Shown here in pieces: positions 51,169 to 61,356 of a stretch of DNA of 64,000 nucleotides. The stretch is from Polyangiaceae bacterium (GTDB lineage Bacteria; Myxococcota_A; Polyangia; Polyangiales; Polyangiaceae), in assembly GCA_044222475.1 (NCBI GenBank), contig JBGANF010000004.1:1-64000 (forward strand). The letters run 5' to 3'. The notes beneath the pieces are model-generated. The model did not search any database. It was not told where the DNA came from and saw nothing but the letters and a program-made list of their open reading frames with translations. Numbering within the stretch: position 1 is the first letter of the stretch; each line of letters starts with the position of its first letter. A program made the position numbers and the translations under genes.

Positions 51169-51885
51169 ATGAACGGAAGACTCGTCTTCAGCGGTGCGGT
51201 GGCTCTCTCGATGGTCGTTCTCCTCGCCGCGTGCGGCAAGCCGAAGGCCGGCGGCGCGTGCAAGACCGAAGCGGAGGTGAAATGCACGGACGACAAGAAC
51301 GCGCTCGTGTGCACCGGCGGAAAGTGGGAGGCACTTCCCTGCCGCGGCCTCAACGGATGCATGTCGATGATGGGCTCCCCCGGCACGTGCACCAACGACG
51401 GGTTCAAGGAGGGCGAGCCCTGCCCCGACGACGAGGGAAACCCGGAGTGCAGCTCGGATCACAAGGCGTCGCTCAAGTGCGTCGACAAGCACTGGAAGAA
51501 GGTCAACGACTGCAACGGACAGCACGGCTGCGTGTCGAACGCTCAGGGGACGAACTGCGACATGGGGACGTCCGACGTCGGCTCGACGTGCACGAAAGAG
51601 AACGAGGGCAACGTCGCGTGCTCACCGGACAAGAAGAGCGAGCTCGTCTGCGAGAAGGGCAAGATGATCGTCATGTCCGAGTGCAAGGGCCTGCACGGCT
51701 GCCGTCAGCTCGGCGACAAGCTGGACTGCGATCGATCCCTCGCCGACATCGGCGACGCGTGCAGCGCAGCCGAGAAGGCGTGCAACCCGACCAAGAAGAT
51801 GCTGCTCACCTGCAAGGACGGAAAGTTCGCGAAGTCCAAGGACTGCTCGTGCGCCACCTTCGTCGACAACGTGCAGTGCATGTAG
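51169..51885 (+). CDS. Cys-rich repeat lipoprotein
   Basis: LAAC; four ~50-aa repeats G..C......C......L.C..GK.....C(.G..GC). Confidence 0.78.
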   Translation: MNGRLVFSGAVALSMVVLLAACGKPKAGGACKTEAEVKCTDDKNALVCTGGKWEALPCRGLNGCMSMMGSPGTCTNDGFKEGEPCPDDEGNPECSSDHKASLKCVDKHWKKVNDCNGQHGCVSNAQGTNCDMGTSDVGSTCTKENEGNVACSPDKKSELVCEKGKMIVMSECKGLHGCRQLGDKLDCDRSLADIGDACSAAEKACNPTKKMLLTCKDGKFAKSKDCSCATFVDNVQCM

Positions 51886-51888
51886 CGG

Positions 51889-53064
51889 TCACTTCGGCGC
51901 GAACACCGACGACGCCGAGTCGACGCCCTTGAGCTCGAACGTTCCGAGGACCTCCGTCGGGTGGGTCGTCTTCGCGGCGAACGCCGCCGAGAGGACGATG
52001 GGGCGGCCGAGCTTCCCAGTGAGTCCTTCGAGGCGGGCGGCGAGGTTCACCGCCGGCCCGATCGCGGTGAAGTCGAGGCGACCGCGCCCGCCGATGTTGC
52101 CGTAGGCGACGTCGCCGACGTGCAGGGCGAGACCGAACGCGAGATCCTTCCGAAGCGCGGTGAAGGCCGCTTGAGCCTCGAACGCCGCGGCGAGCGCCGC
52201 GTCGCACCGCTGGACGACCTCCTCGACGATCGGCGACCCGTCGGCCGCGCGGGAGCGCGGCCCTTCGGCGTCGAGAGAGAAGATCGCGAGCATCCCGTCG
52301 CCGATGAACTTGAGGACCTCGCCGCCGTGCTTCTCGACCGCAGCGACCTGACACTCGAACACCTGGTTGAGCGCGTCGATGACCTCGCGCGCGGATGCGC
52401 GCTGCGACAGCTGCGTGAACCCGCGCAGATCGGAGAACCAGATCACGGCGTGGATGTCCTCGATGTCGCCGCGCTTGATCTGGCCGGCGAGGACGCGATC
52501 ACCGGCGTTTCGTCCCACGTAGGTGCTGAGCAGGTTCCCGGCGGTGCGCCGTAGCGCGAGGATCTCCGCGAGCCGCGCGAGCGGGCGGCAGACGCGTCGC
52601 AGCGACGCGACGTCTTCGTCGCGAAATCCGCCCGGGCGCTTCGTCGCGAACGTGATCGCGTGACCGTCGCCGGTCGTGAAGACCATCGGTAGCGCGAGGT
52701 AGTCGGTGAACCCTTCGGCCTCGAGCTCGGCGACGACCGCGAAGTCTCGCGGCTCGGTTGGATCGCAGATGCGGCGGCGAATCTCGACGCGCTCGCGGTA
52801 GACCTTGGCCACCGGGCTCTGTTGGAAGACCTCGCCCTGGAGGAACGCGTGGCCGATCTCGCGGACCTGGGCCTTCTGGCCCTTCACCCAGGTGAACCCG
52901 CGCCCGAACACGTCGGGGTGGAGCGTGCTGACGAAGGCGCCGATGCGCTCGACGTCGACGCCGCCGCGGTTGAGATCCTCTCCGATGCGCGTCACGACTG
53001 CATCGGAGGAGCCGGCGCCGGGCGCGCCATCGACCAGCCACTCGAAGAGACCATCGACCGACAT
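51889..53064 (-). CDS. GAF-like plus class III adenylate/guanylate cyclase
   Basis: FSDLRGFT, LKFIGDG, YGNIGG..RLDFTAIGPAVNLAARLE. Confidence 0.9.
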   Translation of the reverse strand: MSVDGLFEWLVDGAPGAGSSDAVVTRIGEDLNRGGVDVERIGAFVSTLHPDVFGRGFTWVKGQKAQVREIGHAFLQGEVFQQSPVAKVYRERVEIRRRICDPTEPRDFAVVAELEAEGFTDYLALPMVFTTGDGHAITFATKRPGGFRDEDVASLRRVCRPLARLAEILALRRTAGNLLSTYVGRNAGDRVLAGQIKRGDIEDIHAVIWFSDLRGFTQLSQRASAREVIDALNQVFECQVAAVEKHGGEVLKFIGDGMLAIFSLDAEGPRSRAADGSPIVEEVVQRCDAALAAAFEAQAAFTALRKDLAFGLALHVGDVAYGNIGGRGRLDFTAIGPAVNLAARLEGLTGKLGRPIVLSAAFAAKTTHPTEVLGTFELKGVDSASSVFAPK

Positions 53065-53096
53065 GATCGGAGAGTAGAGAGAAGGCGTTCGGGCGG

Positions 53097-54299
53097 CTAC
53101 TTCGCGATTCGCCGAACGGCGCCAGCGGGTGCGCGGATCGTCCAATAGATGGCCGTCGAGTCGACGGCGATGCCTGCCGCGTTCGCCTCGCCGTCGATCA
53201 CGGTCGTCGCCGAGGTCGCGCAACCCTTCACGAGGTCGGAGCAAGTGCGGATGCGCCCCGCGACGGTGTCGGTCCAGTACGCGCCGGTCGAGTCCACGGC
53301 CAATGCGCCGATCACGCCTTCTCCATTGGCGATCACGACCGGCGTCGGGCACGGCCCAGGCAGGCTGCAGGCGACGATCGAGTACACGTCCGCGTTCGTG
53401 TGCGATGTCCAGAAGACCGTCGTACCGACGGTCTGAAAGTCGTCAGCGAGCTGGGCAAGGGGGCCATTGTAGAGCGTGACGGGGGTGCACGCGACCGGCG
53501 CACGGTCGCAACGAATGACCGAGCTCGCGAACTCGTCCGACATGACCACGAACGGCGCATCCGGGGGCAGGACGAGCTCGTCGCCGCCAGTCAGGGTGAG
53601 ATCCACCGGCGGGCCCCCGGTACCGCGCCGCACCTGCGTCCCGTACGTCTTGCCGATCGCGAAGAAGGTCCCGGCGTCCTCCGCCAGGACGTCCACGCCG
53701 TGAAACTGCATGTCGACGTTCATGTTGTAGTTCGTGGGCAACCCGCCGGGCACGGCGTTGAGGCGAGCGCCGTAGAGTCCGTACGTGTTCGTCGTGCGCC
53801 CGATGAAAAACGCCTCGGTGCCGGAGACGGCGAGACCGGATCGCGGAACGACCGTCACCGTGTTGCTCACGTCGGTCCACAGCCGCGTCGGCGTCCCGCT
53901 CGGCTTCGGTATTCGGAAGAGGCCACCGGTCGCGGTGCTGCCGCTGACGAGCGGATCGTCGGACGCGACGACGACGACGTCCGGGGTCGTGACGCTCCGA
54001 ATGGCGAAGGGGTTGCTCAGACCGGTCGCGACGGGGACCGCCGGGCACTTGCCCGCAGTGCAGGTTGCGCCGAAGCAGGAGCGCCCGCACTTCCCGCAGT
54101 TGGCACCGTCCTTCGTCAGGTCGACGCAGCCCCCACCACACGCCGTGAGCGGAGGCTGGCACGCGACGCCGCCGTCGCCCCCGTCGTTCGCCGCAGCGTC
54201 GGGCTTCCCCGCGTCGGGCGAGCCCGAGAGGGAGTCGAGCGACGTGAGGAGCGAGCACGCGCTCGACGCCAGGACCACCGCGAGCCACACACGCCGCAT
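53097..54299 (-). CDS. Lipoprotein with a Cys-rich motif and C-terminal propeller
   Basis: LASSAC; CVDLTKDGANCGKCGRSC; IAVD...IYWT blades. Confidence 0.72.
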   Translation of the reverse strand: MRRVWLAVVLASSACSLLTSLDSLSGSPDAGKPDAAANDGGDGGVACQPPLTACGGGCVDLTKDGANCGKCGRSCFGATCTAGKCPAVPVATGLSNPFAIRSVTTPDVVVVASDDPLVSGSTATGGLFRIPKPSGTPTRLWTDVSNTVTVVPRSGLAVSGTEAFFIGRTTNTYGLYGARLNAVPGGLPTNYNMNVDMQFHGVDVLAEDAGTFFAIGKTYGTQVRRGTGGPPVDLTLTGGDELVLPPDAPFVVMSDEFASSVIRCDRAPVACTPVTLYNGPLAQLADDFQTVGTTVFWTSHTNADVYSIVACSLPGPCPTPVVIANGEGVIGALAVDSTGAYWTDTVAGRIRTCSDLVKGCATSATTVIDGEANAAGIAVDSTAIYWTIRAPAGAVRRIAK

Positions 54300-54377
54300 G
54301 CGCACGAGGCTACCAGGGCCGAGCCGCCGCGCGAAGCGAGCGCATCGTGCGCGACATACTGCTACATAGAGCCCGCG

Positions 54378-56327
54378 ATGCCGGTGCTGTCGATTCGCGA
54401 TCTCTCGAAGGCCTACGGCGCGCGCCCGCTCGTCGACAAGGGGACGTTCACCTTGCGGCGCGGGGAAAAAGCCGCGCTGCTCGGGCCGAACGGAACCGGA
54501 AAGTCGACGCTCCTCCGGATCATCGCCGGCCTCGAGCCGGCCGACACGGGCACGATCGACCGCCGGCGAGACGCGACAATCCTGTACTTGCCGCAGGAGC
54601 CAGCCCTCGCGGAAGACCGCACCCCGCGTCAGATCGTGCGCGAGGGCCTCGCCGAGTGGGACGTCGTCCACAAGGAGCACGAGGAGGTCTCTCGCCGGAT
54701 CGGCGAGGGCGAGACCGGCGAGCTCCTCGCCAGGCAGGCCGCGCTCGGCGAGCGCATCGAGCAGCTCGGTGGGTGGCACCGGGACCACGAGGTCGAGGAG
54801 ATCCTGTCCCATCTTGGGATCAAGGGACCGGATCTCGATCGCCCCGTCGGAACGATGAGCGGCGGCGAGCGGCGGCGCGTCGCGCTCGCGCGCATCCTCG
54901 TCGCCCGGCCCGACCTCGCCATCCTCGACGAGCCGACGAACCACCTCGACGCCGACACTATCCAGTGGCTCGAGGAGTACCTGCGCTCGTTCCCCGGAGC
55001 GATCCTCCTCGTCACCCACGACCGGTACGTCCTCGACACCGTCGCGACGCGAGTCCTCGACCTCGAGCGCGGGCGATTGACGGAGTACACGAAGCGCAAC
55101 GACAAGCTCGGCGCCTACGCCGATTTTCTCGAGCAGCGCGCCGAGCGCGACGCTCACGACGAGCGGGTCGAGAAGAACCGGCAGAACTTCCTGCGGCGCG
55201 AGATCGAGTGGCTCCGCCGCGGACCCAAAGCGCGCACGACCAAGCAGAAGGCGCGCATCCAGCGGGCCGAGAGCGCGATCGCCCAGACCGGGCCCGAGGC
55301 GCGGGGCGAGGTCCAACTCTCCGGGCTCGAGAGCGGCGGGGGTCGACTCGGCGGGACCATCCTGGAGCTGCTCGGCGTCCGCGTCGAGGTCGGTGGGCGC
55401 GTGTTGGTGCGCGATCTCGATCTGCGCCTCGTGCGCGGCGAGCGGGTCGGAGTCGTCGGTCCGAACGGCGCGGGGAAGACCTCTCTGTTGCGCGTGATCA
55501 CCGGAGAGCTCACGCCGGCGGCTGGGAAGGTCGTCCGCGGCGCGCAGACGAAGATCGCGGTGCTCGATCAGGCGCGCACGTCGCTGCACGAGGACTGGAC
55601 CGTCTTCGACAACGTGGCCGAGCGCGAAGACGCCGAGCGGGTCGGCGCGGGCACCGTCGTCATCGGCGATCGCACGATGGACCTGCGGACCTACTTGGAG
55701 CTCTTCCTGTTCGACGGGAACGCCTGGCGAAGGAAGGTCTCGGCGCTGTCGGGCGGGGAGCGCGCGCGCGTCACCCTCGCGCTCGCGTTGAAGAGCGGCG
55801 CAAACGTGCTCTTGCTCGACGAGCCGACGAACGACCTCGACATCGCGACGCTCGGAGCGCTCGAGGAGCTCCTCGAGAGCTGGCCCGGGTGCGTCATCGT
55901 CGTGTCGCACGATCGCTGGTTCCTCGATCGCGTGGCGACGGCGATCCTCGCTTTCGAGGGGGATGGGAAGGTAACGACGTACGCGGGGAATTGGAGTGAT
56001 TACCGGGAGAAGATCCTCGAGGGCGCCGTTGCGCTCGAAGAGGCGCGCACGCGCACGCGCACGAGTACGAGTACGAGTACGAGCACGAGTACGAGTACGA
56101 GCACCAAGAAGCTCACCTATGGCGAGCGGATGGAGCTCGACAAGATCCTCGACGTGATCTCCGCGGCCGAGCAGCGCGTCGGCTCGATCGAAGCTCGGCT
56201 CCTCGATCCGCAGGTGTACTCGAAGGATCCGGAGGCCGCGAAGCGGCTCCAGACCGAGCTCGGCGAGGCTCAGGCCGAGGTCGCGCGGCTCACCGCCCGG
56301 TGGGAAGAGCTCGAGGCGAGGCGATAG
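54378..56327 (+). CDS. uup: ABC-F family ATPase (Uup-like)
   Basis: Two ABC domains (GPNGTGKS/MSGGE/DEPTNHLD; GPNGAGKT/LSGGE/DEPTNDLD), PKARTTKQKAR linker and C-terminal coiled coil ending RWEELE. Confidence 0.88.
   Translation: MPVLSIRDLSKAYGARPLVDKGTFTLRRGEKAALLGPNGTGKSTLLRIIAGLEPADTGTIDRRRDATILYLPQEPALAEDRTPRQIVREGLAEWDVVHKEHEEVSRRIGEGETGELLARQAALGERIEQLGGWHRDHEVEEILSHLGIKGPDLDRPVGTMSGGERRRVALARILVARPDLAILDEPTNHLDADTIQWLEEYLRSFPGAILLVTHDRYVLDTVATRVLDLERGRLTEYTKRNDKLGAYADFLEQRAERDAHDERVEKNRQNFLRREIEWLRRGPKARTTKQKARIQRAESAIAQTGPEARGEVQLSGLESGGGRLGGTILELLGVRVEVGGRVLVRDLDLRLVRGERVGVVGPNGAGKTSLLRVITGELTPAAGKVVRGAQTKIAVLDQARTSLHEDWTVFDNVAEREDAERVGAGTVVIGDRTMDLRTYLELFLFDGNAWRRKVSALSGGERARVTLALALKSGANVLLLDEPTNDLDIATLGALEELLESWPGCVIVVSHDRWFLDRVATAILAFEGDGKVTTYAGNWSDYREKILEGAVALEEARTRTRTSTSTSTSTSTSTSTKKLTYGERMELDKILDVISAAEQRVGSIEARLLDPQVYSKDPEAAKRLQTELGEAQAEVARLTARWEELEARR
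56045..56104 (+). repeat. In-frame hexamer tract (10 units G[CA]G[CT]AC) encoding RT/ST repeats
   Basis: gcgcac x3, then gagtac/gagcac x7. Confidence 0.85.
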
Positions 56328-56343
56328 AGCGCATCCGCCGGCC

Positions 56344-57759
56344 CTACTTGCGCTGCGTCATCGTGCTCGCGCGGTAGTTGGCCAGCGCTCGCTGGTAGTC
56401 GACGAGGGCGTCAATCTCGCGGAGCTTCGACTCCGCCGTCGCCTGCTCGCGCAGGTTCACGACGAGGAGCGTGCTGTCGCCGAGCTCGAACCGCTGCCGC
56501 TCCGCGTTCTCGAGCTCGGTCGCCAGACCGACCTCGCGTCGGGCGACGAGCACCCGCTGGCGCGACGCTTCGAGCGCCGAGAGCGCGTCGCTCACCTCGG
56601 CGCCGACGCGATCCTGCATGAGGCGCTTCTGATCTTCGAGCCGCGTGATCTGCGCATCGGCCGCCTTCACCCGTCCGTCGTTGGCGCGATTCAGGATGGG
56701 GATGTCGACGACGAGCCCCATCTCGAGCTCCGGCTGGTTTCGACTGTAGTTCGTCGGGTCGGGGTTTCGCCCGAGGTCGGCGCTTCCGAGGATGCGAACG
56801 TCGACTCCTGGCGCCATCTGGTTCGCGGCCCACCGGCGCTCGATCTCGGTCTGCTGCTGCTGGAGGATGAAGCGACGCACTTCCGGCCGCTTGTCCTTCG
56901 CAGCGGTCGAGTCCCTCTGGATCGTGCCCGGGTCCAGGGCGACCGGCTCGGGGAGAGCATCGGGCAGACGGACCGCAGACACGATCACCGGCTGCCCACG
57001 GTCGTCGCGATAGAAGAGCGACAGCTCGATCGCGGTGCGCTCGACGTCGCGCTGCGCGCTGATCACGAAGCCCTGCCTTTGGACGATCGCGCGCGAGTTG
57101 TCGGTGCGCTCGATGGTCGGGATGTCACCATGCTCGACGCGCGCGGCGATGCCGGCATCGCGCGACACGGCGATCTCGAGCAGCGCCTGAGCGACGGAGC
57201 GCCGCCGGCCTGCGGCGACCCAGTCCCAGTAGCGGAGCGTCGCCGCGCGGGTGATCTCGATCTTCTGTTGGTCGATGCTCACCGTTGCGAGCGTCCTTCC
57301 GAGCTCGGCGCGGTCGATGTTCGCGCGGCGGCGATCGATCGGACCGTTGCGCCAGAACGGAATCGATGCGCCGATGCGCGCTTCGCCGGCGGCGTTGGTG
57401 ACGTAGTTCCCGTAGTAGCTCGGGAAGTCGTTGTCGCCGTAGCCCCACCCCGCCCAGAACGTGGTGCCCCACAGCGGCGTCGGCACTTGGACCTCCGTGC
57501 TCACGCGGAACTCCTTGTAGTAGCCGACGGGATCCCCGTTCACCGAGGTCCGCCACGACGGGTCGAAGGCGCCCTTGGCCGAGCGTAGCTCGGCGTCGGC
57601 GATGTCGGTTTCGCGGAGCGCCGCGCGGAGCGCGGGGTACGAACGATCGACCGACGCCGTCACCTCGTCGATCCGTAGCGGCGTCGCCTCCTCGGCGCTC
57701 GCGGCCGATGCGAGCGCCGAGAGCCCGAGCCCGAAGATGAAACCGTAGCTTGCCTTCAT
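56344..57759 (-). CDS. TolC family outer-membrane protein
   Basis: Signal peptide; GAFDP, YWDW and ERQRFELGDSTLLVVNLRE. Confidence 0.88.
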   Translation of the reverse strand: MKASYGFIFGLGLSALASAASAEEATPLRIDEVTASVDRSYPALRAALRETDIADAELRSAKGAFDPSWRTSVNGDPVGYYKEFRVSTEVQVPTPLWGTTFWAGWGYGDNDFPSYYGNYVTNAAGEARIGASIPFWRNGPIDRRRANIDRAELGRTLATVSIDQQKIEITRAATLRYWDWVAAGRRRSVAQALLEIAVSRDAGIAARVEHGDIPTIERTDNSRAIVQRQGFVISAQRDVERTAIELSLFYRDDRGQPVIVSAVRLPDALPEPVALDPGTIQRDSTAAKDKRPEVRRFILQQQQTEIERRWAANQMAPGVDVRILGSADLGRNPDPTNYSRNQPELEMGLVVDIPILNRANDGRVKAADAQITRLEDQKRLMQDRVGAEVSDALSALEASRQRVLVARREVGLATELENAERQRFELGDSTLLVVNLREQATAESKLREIDALVDYQRALANYRASTMTQRK

Positions 57760-59081
57760 TTTGCCTTCGCGTCCTTCTTCGCGTCCATCGCGTCAGGCGG
57801 CGCCGACATCGACGCCGGGAATCCGTTGAACCGGCGCCATAGCTCGTAGCCGAGGCTGACGCGACCGAGCAGGACCCACGCGTTCGCCTGCGTACCTTGA
57901 CGAAGATACCGCCCGCTCGGCCACGGCTCGTTCGGATCCGGGACGACGAGGACACGGAATCGACCTGCGCCGTCATCGGTCGCGTCGACGAGCACCACGT
58001 GACCGCCGAACGTTCCGACGGCGACCGACGGCCAGCCGGTGAACTGCACCGCCGGCCACCCTTCGAATTGGATGCGGACCTTCTCACCTTCGGCGATGAG
58101 CGGGATGTCGTTGCCGTCGATCCAGAGCTCGACCGCCCGCGTCTCGGTGTCAGGGACCAGGATCGCGAGAGGATCGCCCGCCTTGACCATCTGCGCCCCG
58201 GCGGGCGCGGTGAGCCTGAGGATGATGCCTTCCCGCGGGGCCTTCACCTCTTGCGTCTCTTGCCGCGCCAGCCGGACCTGGAGCCGCGACAGCTCGGCAG
58301 CACCATTCGCAGCCTCGGCGATCGCCGTGGCGCGCGTCGCCCTGGCGTCGTCGATCGCCGCTGCTCCGTCGGTGCTGATCTTGAGCTGGTCGCTGTCGAG
58401 GGCGAGCTGCTCGGAGCGCGCGGACTCGAGCGCCGCCGTCGCGCGGTCGAGCTCGGTCTTGGCGCGAACCTCGTCGAGCTCCGCGAGCTCGAAGTCTCGC
58501 GTCGAGCGGAGGCCTTGCGCCTGGAGGGTGCGGATGCGCTCTTCGTTCAGCTCAGCCGTCTTGTGCGCGGCGGTCGCGGCGTCGACGGCACGCTGGGCCG
58601 CGTTCACCCGCTGCTGCGCCATCTGAACGCGCCGCGTCGCCGCCGTGATCGCGCTGTCTCGAGAGGCTTGGAGCTGCTCGATCCTCGATTCGATCGCGGT
58701 CGCACGCGCGTTCGCCGCATCGATGCGGGCAGAGACCGCGTCGCGCTCCTGGCGAAGTCGCGTCAGGATCTCGGGATCGTTGTCCGAGATGTCGACGATG
58801 GGGTCGCCGGCTTTCACGTGCGACCCCTCGCGGACGTAGAAGTGCACGAGCCTGCCCTCGATCGGAGCCTCGATCGTCTGCTGGCGATCGATCGGCGCGT
58901 ACGCGATCACTCGTCCGTTGCCGGCGGCCGACTGCTGCCATGGAGCGAAGACCAACGCGACGACCAGGGTGAAGAAGAACGCGAGCACGATCCGCGCGAG
59001 CGTGCGCGTATGGCGGGGCGATGGGACGAAGCGGAGCGCTTCGACCTCGACGTGGCGGCTCAGGGTGTCGGTGTTGCTCAT
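57756..59081 (-). CDS. HlyD family membrane fusion protein
   Basis: PWQQ, APIEGR..VREG..VKAGD lipoyl half-motifs, coiled coil and FEGWPAVQFTGWP. Confidence 0.9.
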   Translation of the reverse strand: MSNTDTLSRHVEVEALRFVPSPRHTRTLARIVLAFFFTLVVALVFAPWQQSAAGNGRVIAYAPIDRQQTIEAPIEGRLVHFYVREGSHVKAGDPIVDISDNDPEILTRLRQERDAVSARIDAANARATAIESRIEQLQASRDSAITAATRRVQMAQQRVNAAQRAVDAATAAHKTAELNEERIRTLQAQGLRSTRDFELAELDEVRAKTELDRATAALESARSEQLALDSDQLKISTDGAAAIDDARATRATAIAEAANGAAELSRLQVRLARQETQEVKAPREGIILRLTAPAGAQMVKAGDPLAILVPDTETRAVELWIDGNDIPLIAEGEKVRIQFEGWPAVQFTGWPSVAVGTFGGHVVLVDATDDGAGRFRVLVVPDPNEPWPSGRYLRQGTQANAWVLLGRVSLGYELWRRFNGFPASMSAPPDAMDAKKDAKAK

Positions 59082-59082
59082 G

Positions 59083-61176
59083 TCAGTTCACCTCACGAGT
59101 CTCCGTAATCGCGCCACCGCTCATTCGGAGCACGCGCGAGAACATCGGCGCGACGCGATCGTCTTTGGCGAGCACCAGCAACGTCCACGGCGCGTCTTTT
59201 CCCGCGAGCGCGGCGATGACCTTTTCTCGGTGATCCTCGTCGAGCCCGTCGAGGGTCTCGTCGACGACGAGGACGCGCGGCCGCTGAGCGATGCAGCGCG
59301 CGAGCGCCAGCCGCCGGCGCTGGCCCGACGAGAGCGGTCCGCCCTTGTCGCGCAGCTTCGTCGCGAGCCCTTCGGGGAGCGCCTCGATGTCGCGCGTGAG
59401 CCCCACGGCGTCGATCGCGGAGCGCATCGTCTCCGGATCGCACAGCGTGCTCCCGCCCGAGATGTTCTCGGCGACCGTACCGTCGAAGATGTCGACGTCG
59501 CGCGCGAGCGCGACGATCCCGCGAATGCCTTCGAGCGAGAGGCCGCGCGTGTCGATCTCGTCCAACCGGATCACGCCCTCCGTGGGGGTACGCAGGCCGA
59601 AGAGGAGCTCTGCGAGGACGCTCTTCCCGGAGCCCTCGCGCCCGACGACGAGGGTGCGAGACCCCGCCTCGAGCGAGAGATCGACCTCGCTCAAGATGGA
59701 CCGCTCCGCCACCGAATATCCGAGACCTCGGATCTCGACGCTCGCCGGCCCTTCACGCTCGGGCGCGGGCGCGCCGTCCTGGCGTTCGAGCGGAAGATCG
59801 GTGAGGTGGCCGAGCTTGTCGAGGCCGGCGAGGAGATCGTAGAAGGCCTCGATCTGCTTTCCGAACTTGGTGAACCCTTCGACGACGGCGGCGACGATGA
59901 GGTTCGACGCGACGAGCTGACCGATGGTGAGCTGGCGCGCGATGACGAGGTAACCTCCGATCCCCAACAGCGCGGTGTTGGCGAAGACCTGAAGCGAGTA
60001 CGTCCCGACGATCTGGCGAATGACGACCCGGAAGCGCGTGCCGCGCTTGAGAAGGTAGCGGCGCACCACGTCCGAGGCGCGCTCGGTCGCGTACCCGGTC
60101 CAACCCGCGGACTTGAACGTGATCGGGTGGTGCGCGATCTCTTCGAGCCACGCGGCGACGGCGAACTTCGCTTTGGAAGCGTCGATGAACGCGCGCGGTC
60201 CGCCGCGCCCCAGCACGAAGAGGACGAAGACGATCCCCAGGAGGAGGAAGACGTCGAAGGCCGCAAGGAACGGGTGATAGAAGGCGAGAAGCATCATCCC
60301 GAGGAGAGCCTCGAGGAGGATCGTCAAGCCGTCGACGAGGAGCATGCCCGCCGCCTTCTGAACCGTGATCGCGTCGAAGAAGCGGTTGACGAGCTCTGCC
60401 GGTGACCCGTCCGCGAAGCGCTCGATCGAGACGCGGGGCATGCGGTGCGCGACGTCGACCGCGGCGCGCGCGAAGATCCGGCGTTGGACGAGCTCGACGA
60501 CGTAGAACTGATACGCGCGCATCACCGCCGCGAACGTGAGGCCCGCGGCGAGGAGCAGCATCAGCGTGATGACGGGCTGCATCAACGACCCGAACGCGAC
60601 CGTGCCCACCAACGTCTCGACGGCGACGGGAACGGCGAGGCTCATCAAGCCGTACCCGACGGCATAAACGATGATGAGTGCGAGGTCGCGGCGCTCCATG
60701 CGGACGAGCGACCACGCGCGGCTGAGCGGCCCACGGTGCGAGTGGCCTCCATCGTCGCCCCCACCGCCCCGCAGGCTCTCGAACGGTGCGCTCGGCGTCG
60801 CGACGAGAAAGACGATCTCGGCCGTCGGGGCAGCGCCCACCGAGTGTGCGATGGCGTCGCCGTCGGCGTCCTCGGGGACCTCGGCCCACCGCGAGCCGCA
60901 CAAGGCGATCGCCGCGGGTGACGAGCCTCCCGCCCATTCACTGGCGACCTTCCGCTCGAGGCGAACGTCGACGCCGACTCGACCCGCTACGCCCACGATC
61001 AAGGTCTCGAGATCGGCCGCTGCGGCCTGCGGAGCGCTGAACTCGCGGATCGTCGCGCGGACGACCCCGCGATCGACGGTCACGCCGGCCGACGCGGCGA
61101 GCGCCTCGACGACGTCGAGGACGATGTCGCCAGTCAGCGGGGCTTGGCTCAGCGGCGCGGGTTCGTTGTCTTCCAT
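59083..61176 (-). CDS. Type I secretion-type ABC transporter (TMD plus NBD, with N-terminal extension)
   Basis: TM domain ELVNRFFD and LTIGQLVA; GREGSGKS, LSSGQ and VLVVDE. Confidence 0.88.
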   Translation of the reverse strand: MEDNEPAPLSQAPLTGDIVLDVVEALAASAGVTVDRGVVRATIREFSAPQAAAADLETLIVGVAGRVGVDVRLERKVASEWAGGSSPAAIALCGSRWAEVPEDADGDAIAHSVGAAPTAEIVFLVATPSAPFESLRGGGGDDGGHSHRGPLSRAWSLVRMERRDLALIIVYAVGYGLMSLAVPVAVETLVGTVAFGSLMQPVITLMLLLAAGLTFAAVMRAYQFYVVELVQRRIFARAAVDVAHRMPRVSIERFADGSPAELVNRFFDAITVQKAAGMLLVDGLTILLEALLGMMLLAFYHPFLAAFDVFLLLGIVFVLFVLGRGGPRAFIDASKAKFAVAAWLEEIAHHPITFKSAGWTGYATERASDVVRRYLLKRGTRFRVVIRQIVGTYSLQVFANTALLGIGGYLVIARQLTIGQLVASNLIVAAVVEGFTKFGKQIEAFYDLLAGLDKLGHLTDLPLERQDGAPAPEREGPASVEIRGLGYSVAERSILSEVDLSLEAGSRTLVVGREGSGKSVLAELLFGLRTPTEGVIRLDEIDTRGLSLEGIRGIVALARDVDIFDGTVAENISGGSTLCDPETMRSAIDAVGLTRDIEALPEGLATKLRDKGGPLSSGQRRRLALARCIAQRPRVLVVDETLDGLDEDHREKVIAALAGKDAPWTLLVLAKDDRVAPMFSRVLRMSGGAITETREVN

Positions 61177-61209
61177 CTTCGACTCAGAGCCCACGGGGAG
61201 CACGACCGA

Positions 61210-61225
61210 TGCACGGCTCGTGCCA
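61210..61225 (-). promoter_or_regulatory. Sigma-54 promoter for the ABC-HlyD-TolC operon
   Basis: Minus strand TGGCACGAGCCGTGCA (GG-N10-GC); the -12 element lies ~35 nt upstream of the ATG at 61176. Confidence 0.72.
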
Positions 61226-61323
61226 GGGGGCGTGGCGCTAAGACTGCGTCTTAGATGCTGCGTTTTGCGACAGTGCCGCACAATCATACAGGTCGCCGTC
61301 GAACTTTGCCGTCCGGCGGGGCG

Positions 61324-61340
61324 AGTGCGACTTTTGCACT
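61324..61340. promoter_or_regulatory. Candidate enhancer (UAS) for the sigma-54 activator
   Basis: Palindrome AGTGC-N7-GCACT ~100 nt upstream of the -24 element. Confidence 0.45.
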
Positions 61341-61356
61341 TGGAACGGTACTCAGC

